The notes under the pieces: model-generated
Databases searched by the model: none
The model's input: the letters and a program-made list of their open reading frames with translations, nothing else
What the model was told of the DNA's origin: nothing
In this document: positions 58,062 to 64,000 of the stretch, piece by piece
Layout of the letters: the number at the start of each line of letters is the position of its first letter
How positions within the stretch are numbered: the first letter of the stretch is position 1
Made by a program: the position numbers and the translations under genes
NCBI GenBank assembly: GCA_044222185.1
Contig: JBGANV010000001.1
Span: 2,176,001-2,240,000 of the forward strand
Source of the DNA: Planctomycetota bacterium
Lineage (GTDB): Bacteria; Planctomycetota; GCA-002687715; CAIWVZ01
DNA: 64,000 nucleotides
Direction of reading: 5' to 3'

Positions 58062-60209
58062 ATGCGCCATCGAATCCTCCCCGGCATCTGCCTTCTCGCC
58101 GTCCTCGCCTGCAGCGGCGCGGAGACCACGTCCCCCACGTCTCGACCGGAGAGCCGCACGTCCGCCGCCGCCTCGCGACCGTCCGGCTCGCCGACGTCGA
58201 TGCGCGTCCTGGATCGCGCGGCAGGGTTCATCGAACGTACGATCTCGACCGACGCCATCTCGGAGAACCTGAAGCAGCTCGTGGCGAAACCGCACGTCGC
58301 CGGATCACCGGCCAACCGGCAGACGGCGGAGCTGGTCGCGTCGGCCTTCCGCGCCGCCGGCCTGGATGTCCGGATCGACGAGTACGACGTGCTCCTCCCC
58401 TATCCCGCGGAGATGACGGTCGAACTGGTGAAGCCCGTCGCCTACCGCTGCCCCATGATGGAGGAGCCCGTCGACGCCGACTACGACACGCACACGACCG
58501 CAGCGATCCCGCCCTTCCTCGCCTACGCGGCCGACGGCGACGTCACCGGACGCCTCGTCTACGTGAATCACGGTACGGTGGCTGATTATCAGCGCCTGGC
58601 ATCACTGGGCGTCGACCTGCGCGGTGCGATCGGCATCGCACGCTACGGAAAGATCTACCGCGGGACGAAGGTCGTCGAGGCGCGCAAGCGCGGCCTGGCG
58701 GCGCTCCTCATCTACTCCGATCCCGCCGACGATGGCTTCGTGCGCGGGCCGGTGTACCCGCAGGGCCCCTGGCGTCCGAAGTCAGCGGTCCAGCGCGGCT
58801 CGATCCTCGACATCGCGCAGCGGCCGGGCGACCCACTCACACCCGACGGCGCCGCGAAGCCGGACGCCATGCGCCTCGCCGGCGAAGCCGTCGAGAACCT
58901 GCCCGGACTTCCCGCGGCCGCGTTGTCGTGGGGCGACGCCGAGCCCATGTTGAAGCTGCTCGAAGGCCCGGCCGTCCCAGACGGCTGGCAGGGAGGGTTG
59001 CCGTTCACGTACCGGGTCGGCGCCACGAACGCCGTGATCGCGCACGTGCGTACGCAATCGGATTGGTCCTCACGCCGGATCGCGAACGTGATCGGCACGC
59101 TCCGAGGTGCCGTCGCACCCGATGACTGGGTGATGATGGGCAGCCATCGAGACGCGTGGGTCCACGGAGCCGTCGACCCCGGCTCGGGGACGGCGATCAT
59201 GATGGACGTCGCGCGGACGCTCGGCGCCATGTCCAAGGACGGCCTGGCGCCCGACCGATCGATCGTGCTGTGCTCCTGGGATGCGGAGGAGTTCGGGCTC
59301 ATCGGCTCGACGGAGTTCATCGACGAGTTCGGGCAGGATGTGGCCGACCGATGCGTCCTCTACCTCAACTGCGACGCTCCGATCACCGGCAGCGAGCTGT
59401 CCGCCGAAGGCTCACCCGCCCTCGGTGAGATCTTCCGCGAAGCGCTCGGCCGCGTACGAGACGATCGCCTGAGCGGGCCCACGCTTCTCGACGACCTCAC
59501 GGCGCGCAAGGCGCTCGAGCTGACTCCGCCCGGTGGCGGAAGCGACTTCGTCGGCTTCCTCGCCAAGGCCGCCGTACCGTGCGGCTCCATCTCCTCCGGT
59601 GGCCCTTACGGCGTCTACCACTCCCTCTTCGACACCTACGGATGGATGAAGAAGTACGGCGATCCTTCGTTCCGTGCCCACGCGCGAGTGGGTCGGGCCG
59701 CCGCGATGGTGCTCTTCGTGGCGGCCACGTCCGCCTTGCTCCCGCTGGACGAGGCCGCGGAGATCCGGTGGGTTCGCAAGGCGGTCGAGTCGCTGGCGCT
59801 CAAGCACCCCGCTGTCGATCCGACGAGACTCCAAACCTCGCTCGCACAGGCCGCGATCGCCGCCGCCGAGTGTGACGCCGCCCGCGACGCACTCCTCGCG
59901 ACCGATCCGGATCCGTCGAGGCTCGTGGCGATCAATCACGCCACGCTGCTGGCGCCCCGGGCGTTCGTGTCGGACGGCCCCGCAGTCGCCGATCGGCCGT
60001 TCTATCGGAACCTGCTCGTGGCGACGGACCCCGGCAACGGTTACGGCGCCATCCCATTGCCCGGCCTCGCGCAGGCCTCGGATGCGGGCGCGTCCGGCGA
60101 GATCACGCGTCAATCCGAGCGCCTGCGGTCCGCGATCGACGACTACGCCGCGCGCCTCACACGGATCGCACGCCTCATGCAGGCGGCGGCTCAGCCGGCG
60201 GCACGGTGA
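58062..60209 (+). CDS. M28 glutamate carboxypeptidase II-like lipoprotein (PA and TfR-dimer-like domains)
   Basis: Lipobox LAVLAC; PHVAGS, RYG.I.RG.KV, SHRDAW..GAVDPGSG, WDAEEFGL.GSTE, YLNCD, YHSLFDT. Confidence 0.92.
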   Translation: MRHRILPGICLLAVLACSGAETTSPTSRPESRTSAAASRPSGSPTSMRVLDRAAGFIERTISTDAISENLKQLVAKPHVAGSPANRQTAELVASAFRAAGLDVRIDEYDVLLPYPAEMTVELVKPVAYRCPMMEEPVDADYDTHTTAAIPPFLAYAADGDVTGRLVYVNHGTVADYQRLASLGVDLRGAIGIARYGKIYRGTKVVEARKRGLAALLIYSDPADDGFVRGPVYPQGPWRPKSAVQRGSILDIAQRPGDPLTPDGAAKPDAMRLAGEAVENLPGLPAAALSWGDAEPMLKLLEGPAVPDGWQGGLPFTYRVGATNAVIAHVRTQSDWSSRRIANVIGTLRGAVAPDDWVMMGSHRDAWVHGAVDPGSGTAIMMDVARTLGAMSKDGLAPDRSIVLCSWDAEEFGLIGSTEFIDEFGQDVADRCVLYLNCDAPITGSELSAEGSPALGEIFREALGRVRDDRLSGPTLLDDLTARKALELTPPGGGSDFVGFLAKAAVPCGSISSGGPYGVYHSLFDTYGWMKKYGDPSFRAHARVGRAAAMVLFVAATSALLPLDEAAEIRWVRKAVESLALKHPAVDPTRLQTSLAQAAIAAAECDAARDALLATDPDPSRLVAINHATLLAPRAFVSDGPAVADRPFYRNLLVATDPGNGYGAIPLPGLAQASDAGASGEITRQSERLRSAIDDYAARLTRIARLMQAAAQPAAR

Positions 60210-61539
60210 CGAGTCCGACGACGTCGCGCTCGGCGTCGTAGACGAGAAGTTCGGCCCACTGTCCCCACCGGACGATCGTTTCGAGGAGGGGGCGCGGTGG
60301 CTCCGTCGGCAACACGAGCGCGAAGTCGTCCTCGAGCAGCTCGCCCTTGGCCGTCCGCTCTTCCTGTTTCTCGAGCAGGGCCACGACGCGCTTGAACGTC
60401 GTGATGCTCATGAGGCGGTTCTTGAATCGCCGCTTGCGGGCATTCATGTCCTCGGCGACGAACGAACGTCCCTCGGCCGACAGCATCACGGAGTCACCGG
60501 GAGTCTCCACGAACCCGAGGAGTTCAGCGGCCTTGACGACGCCGATCGTGTGGCCGAAGTCCTCCTGCGTGACTTCGTTCACCTCGAACAGGTCCATCCG
60601 GTCGCCCTGATCGTGGACGACCTCCAGGAGACCGACGATCTCCGACACGCCGATGCGCGGCAGTGGGATCGGTCGCGTGGCTGCCACCTTCTTCTCGTGT
60701 GCCGTGAGGTCCGGCAGGTGGATGCCCGTGAGGATCCCGTGCAGGTGATCGACCATCTCGATGAACTGGCGCGTCCGGGCCTCGCGCGGATGGCGGACGG
60801 TGTTCGCGACGACTTCGCGCACGCGCCCCGGGTTCTGCGCGAGGATGACGATGCGGTCGCCGAAGTTCACGGCCTCGTCGATCTGGTGCGTGACGAGGAC
60901 GATGGATTTGAGGCCCGTCTCCTGGTCTCGCCACAAGCGGTAGAGCTCGGAGCGCATGGCCTCGGCGGTGAGGACGTCCAGCCCGGCGAACGGCTCATCC
61001 AGGAACAGGATCTCGGGCCGGCCCACGAGCGCGCGGGCCAGCGAGACGCGCTGCTTCATCCCGCGGGACAGTTCGCGAGGCCGGCTCTGCTCGTAGCCTT
61101 CGAGGCCAACGAGGTCGAGAACGCGCCGGACGCGTCCGATCTCTTCCTCCGCGGACATGCGGCGGCCGTTCAGCCCGACGCGGATGTTGTCGAACACCGT
61201 GAGCCACGGAAACAGCGCGAAGTTCTGGAACACGACGGCAGCATTCGGGCACAGCCCCGACAGTGGCCGGCCGCGATATCGCACCTCGCCGAGCGTTGGC
61301 GAATCGAGTCCGAGCAGCGTCCGCAGCAGCGTCGACTTGCCGCATCCCGACGGGCCGAGGACGCAAACGGCCTCGCCGGCCATCACGGGAAACGAAACGT
61401 CCTGGAGCGCCAGCCGCTCGGTTCCACGCTCGTCGCGAAACGACTTGTTGATCCCGACCGCCTCGATGAGCGGCTCCCGAACGCTCGTCGCCGGGCCAGG
61501 CGGAACCTCGTTCGGGGTCGTTGCGGGATCGGTCGGCAT
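60175..61539 (-). CDS. NitT/TauT-family ABC ATPase with C-terminal AAA-associated domain
   Basis: [42 protein letters not shown]; C-terminal ...WG.WAEL..YD. Confidence 0.9.
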   Translation of the reverse strand: MPTDPATTPNEVPPGPATSVREPLIEAVGINKSFRDERGTERLALQDVSFPVMAGEAVCVLGPSGCGKSTLLRTLLGLDSPTLGEVRYRGRPLSGLCPNAAVVFQNFALFPWLTVFDNIRVGLNGRRMSAEEEIGRVRRVLDLVGLEGYEQSRPRELSRGMKQRVSLARALVGRPEILFLDEPFAGLDVLTAEAMRSELYRLWRDQETGLKSIVLVTHQIDEAVNFGDRIVILAQNPGRVREVVANTVRHPREARTRQFIEMVDHLHGILTGIHLPDLTAHEKKVAATRPIPLPRIGVSEIVGLLEVVHDQGDRMDLFEVNEVTQEDFGHTIGVVKAAELLGFVETPGDSVMLSAEGRSFVAEDMNARKRRFKNRLMSITTFKRVVALLEKQEERTAKGELLEDDFALVLPTEPPRPLLETIVRWGQWAELLVYDAERDVVGLVTVPPAEPPPA

Positions 61540-61598
61540 GCGGGTCGACGACGATCCCGGAGGCCTTCCACCGTTTCAAGTGGACGGTTCGCGGGCCG

Positions 61599-63365
61599 TC
61601 AGACTTGCAGCGAGTACCGCTCCTCCGCGATGCGGAAGAGGCGCTTCCACACGCTTCGGTTCAGGACGATCAAGACGGCCGAGATCACGGCGATACCTGC
61701 GGCGAGCTTGGGGAAATCCGCTCCGATCGTCGCGTCGTTCAGGAGCTTGCCGACACCCTCGGCCGTGAGGGTGCGTCCCTGGTATCGCTGGTACTCGGTC
61801 ACGATGCACGCATTCCATGCACCGCCGACTGCCGTGATGAGTCCGGTGACCAGGTTCGGGAAGATCGCGGGCAACTCGAGCTTCGTCCAGCGGCGCCAGC
61901 CCTTCAGCCCGTAGGCCGTCGCAATCTGATCCAGGTCGTTGGGTATGGCGGAAGCCCCGGCGATCACGTTGAACAAGAGGTACCACTGTGCACCGAGCAC
62001 CATCAGCAGCGTGCAGCCGAGGGAGAAATTCACGCCGGATGCGAGCACGAGCCCGGTCACGAGCGGAAACACCATCGGTGCGGGGAACGACGCGACGATC
62101 TGCACGAGGGGGCTGAGCACGCGGGCGAGCCCGGGCTTGCGCCCGATCCAGATGCCGGCCGGCAACGTCCACGCCGCCGAGATCACGACCGCCAGCAGGA
62201 TCCGCAGGAACGTCAGCCCGAGCGACGCCCACACGTGGAGCCAGCCGGCCAGGTCCACGCGGGACAACAGCTCGACCATGCCGAACGCGCCCCACGCGAG
62301 AACTCCAACCGAGATCGCGCTCACGAGTCGGACGAGCCACGTGCGCAAGTGCCCGCTGAACGCCGAGGTTCCGGCCGTTTCCGCGGGGGCCGGAGTGAGC
62401 GGTCGCGGCAGTGGCGTCGCGAGTGCCGTGGTCGGGTCCGGCCTGCGTCGCATGCGCTCCTCGCGGCGCTTGCGAAGCCACCCGGCGAAGACGGAGTGAT
62501 CGAACAGGTCGAGCACCCAGGAGCGCGGAACGTCCCCCGAATCGCCTTCCTCGAGTTTGAAGCGGGCCGACCATGCCAGGAGCGGGCGCCAGATGAGCTG
62601 ATCCGTGGCGACGATCATCGCGATCATGGCGACGATGGCCCAGGTCACGGCCTGCATGTCCCCCAGGTCGAACGCCACGCTCATGTACGCGCCGATGCCC
62701 GGCAATCGGAAGTCGCGGCCTCCGAGGGTGAACGCCTCGTTCACCATCAGGAAGAACCAGCCCCCTGCCATGGAGATCATCGAATTCCACACGAGCGGGA
62801 TCATCGCCGAGCTCAGCTCGACGCGGCCGAACCACTGAGGCGCGGAGAAGCGGTGGACGCGGGCGACGTCACGCAGCTCCATGGAAACGCTTCGCAGGGA
62901 TCCGAAGTAGGCGAACACCATGTTCCACGCCTGCCCCGTGAAGATCATGAGGATGCACGCGAGCTCGAGCCCCAGGTTGCTGTCGGGGAACAGGCTCACC
63001 ATTCCCAGGACGAGACCGGGGAGGAACGCGAGCACGGGGAGCCCCTGCAGCACGTCGATCACGGGCAGGAGCAGTCGCTCAGCGCGTCGGCTGCGGGCCG
63101 TCACCGTGCCGACGACCAGCGTGAAGATCAGAGACACCGCGTACGACGCGACACCGCGCCCGAAGGAGCGGAACGCGTATCCCGGGAGTGCGAACGGCGA
63201 GAGGTCGATCTCGACGCGGTCCCGAAACGGCGCCGTCCACTCACGCGCCTGTGCGATCACGATCCCCGCGAGCCCGACGATGAACGCGAACAGCAGCATG
63301 TCGACGACGATCGACGAGCGGGGCTCGGATTTCGTCGTCTGCGTGCGTGCAGGTGCATCGGCCAT
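61599..63365 (-). CDS. NitT/TauT-family ABC permease with duplicated TM domain
   Basis: D.LQ..P.L.FLP, FTGQAWNM, WNSM.SMAGGWFFL..NE, LPG.GAY, QWYLLFNVIAG, GGAWNA.IV.E. Confidence 0.92.
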   Translation of the reverse strand: MADAPARTQTTKSEPRSSIVVDMLLFAFIVGLAGIVIAQAREWTAPFRDRVEIDLSPFALPGYAFRSFGRGVASYAVSLIFTLVVGTVTARSRRAERLLLPVIDVLQGLPVLAFLPGLVLGMVSLFPDSNLGLELACILMIFTGQAWNMVFAYFGSLRSVSMELRDVARVHRFSAPQWFGRVELSSAMIPLVWNSMISMAGGWFFLMVNEAFTLGGRDFRLPGIGAYMSVAFDLGDMQAVTWAIVAMIAMIVATDQLIWRPLLAWSARFKLEEGDSGDVPRSWVLDLFDHSVFAGWLRKRREERMRRRPDPTTALATPLPRPLTPAPAETAGTSAFSGHLRTWLVRLVSAISVGVLAWGAFGMVELLSRVDLAGWLHVWASLGLTFLRILLAVVISAAWTLPAGIWIGRKPGLARVLSPLVQIVASFPAPMVFPLVTGLVLASGVNFSLGCTLLMVLGAQWYLLFNVIAGASAIPNDLDQIATAYGLKGWRRWTKLELPAIFPNLVTGLITAVGGAWNACIVTEYQRYQGRTLTAEGVGKLLNDATIGADFPKLAAGIAVISAVLIVLNRSVWKRLFRIAEERYSLQV

Positions 63366-63495
63366 GGCGCGCGGCGAGGATAACCGCGCTGCGCATCACG
63401 GGAAGCCATTCACACGTCGCGCCGCAACGCGCGATTGCCGCTGGGTCCGCCCACGTCGCCGCGCAGTCGCGGGGCGCGCTGACCGCGGACCACGC

Positions 63496-64000
63496 TCATT
63501 GTGCGGAGACGATCAGGGCCGCCGTCATCGCGCCGAGGGCGCCGCTCGGGTTCTGGATGAACGCCTGGACTCCCACGGCAAAGCCGTAGAGGTTCGGATC
63601 GATTGGAATGGGCACGGGAAGCACTGCGGTTCCGACACCGCCGGCACCGGCATGCGTCGCGGACGGCACGAGCAGGTCCGGCGAGATGATCAGTTGACAT
63701 CCGCTCAGGCCGTAGACACCGAGATCGAGCGGCAAGGACGAGCCTTGCCAGTTCGTCGTCGATGTACCGAGCAGCCACGCCATCGGCTGGCCGGCCACCG
63801 CCGAGCCGACGACGAGCCCGAACCGTGGGTTCCCCGACAGCACGGATGGCGGCCCCCCGATCGTGAGGAGTCGTGGAACGCGACCGTTCACGGCGGGGCA
63901 ACCGGTGCCGAACTCCGCCGTACCCGAAGCGAACCCCGGGGCCGACAGCAGGACGACACGTCCGGCGCTCGATGGGAATCCCGTTCCGGCTGGGATCACG
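63496..64000 (-). CDS. C-terminal part of a probable secreted protein ending in the shared C-terminal domain (5'-truncated by window edge)
   Basis: FGTGC..., LP.DL...G..GC.L..SPD, IPIDPNLYG....QA. Confidence 0.75.
   Translation of the reverse strand, partial: VIPAGTGFPSSAGRVVLLSAPGFASGTAEFGTGCPAVNGRVPRLLTIGGPPSVLSGNPRFGLVVGSAVAGQPMAWLLGTSTTNWQGSSLPLDLGVYGLSGCQLIISPDLLVPSATHAGAGGVGTAVLPVPIPIDPNLYGFAVGVQAFIQNPSGALGAMTAALIVSAQ

Overview
GC-rich bacterial chromosomal window, most consistent with an uncultured Planctomycetota lineage (inferred from the Ser/Thr kinase-FGE fusion, the secreted Cys-rich proteins and a bacterial topoisomerase VI). It is mostly housekeeping and metabolism: a lipA/E1b/E2/E1a/E3/lipB/acyl-CoA dehydrogenase cluster, a complete phosphate regulon (phoB-phoR-porin-phoU, pstSCAB, DUF47-pit), top6B-top6A, two ABC systems, a globin-coupled chemoreceptor, a GT2/flippase glycosylation cluster and several peptidases. 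I found no rRNA, tRNA, CRISPR array, transposase or phage genes. The strongest unexplained signals are: (1) a secreted-protein gene at 3284-4015 interrupted by an in-frame Cys-TGA followed by a SECIS-like hairpin (candidate selenoprotein, missed by the ORF track); (2) a shared C-terminal domain on three unrelated secreted proteins (candidate sorting or anchoring signal); (3) 11-bp-periodic Pho boxes readable upstream of three phosphate operons; (4) a histone H1-like protein with an acidic tail overlapping a DNA glycosylase gene; (5) a strongly structured intergenic region at about 8680-8880. All family assignments come from motif recognition by eye, not from database searches.
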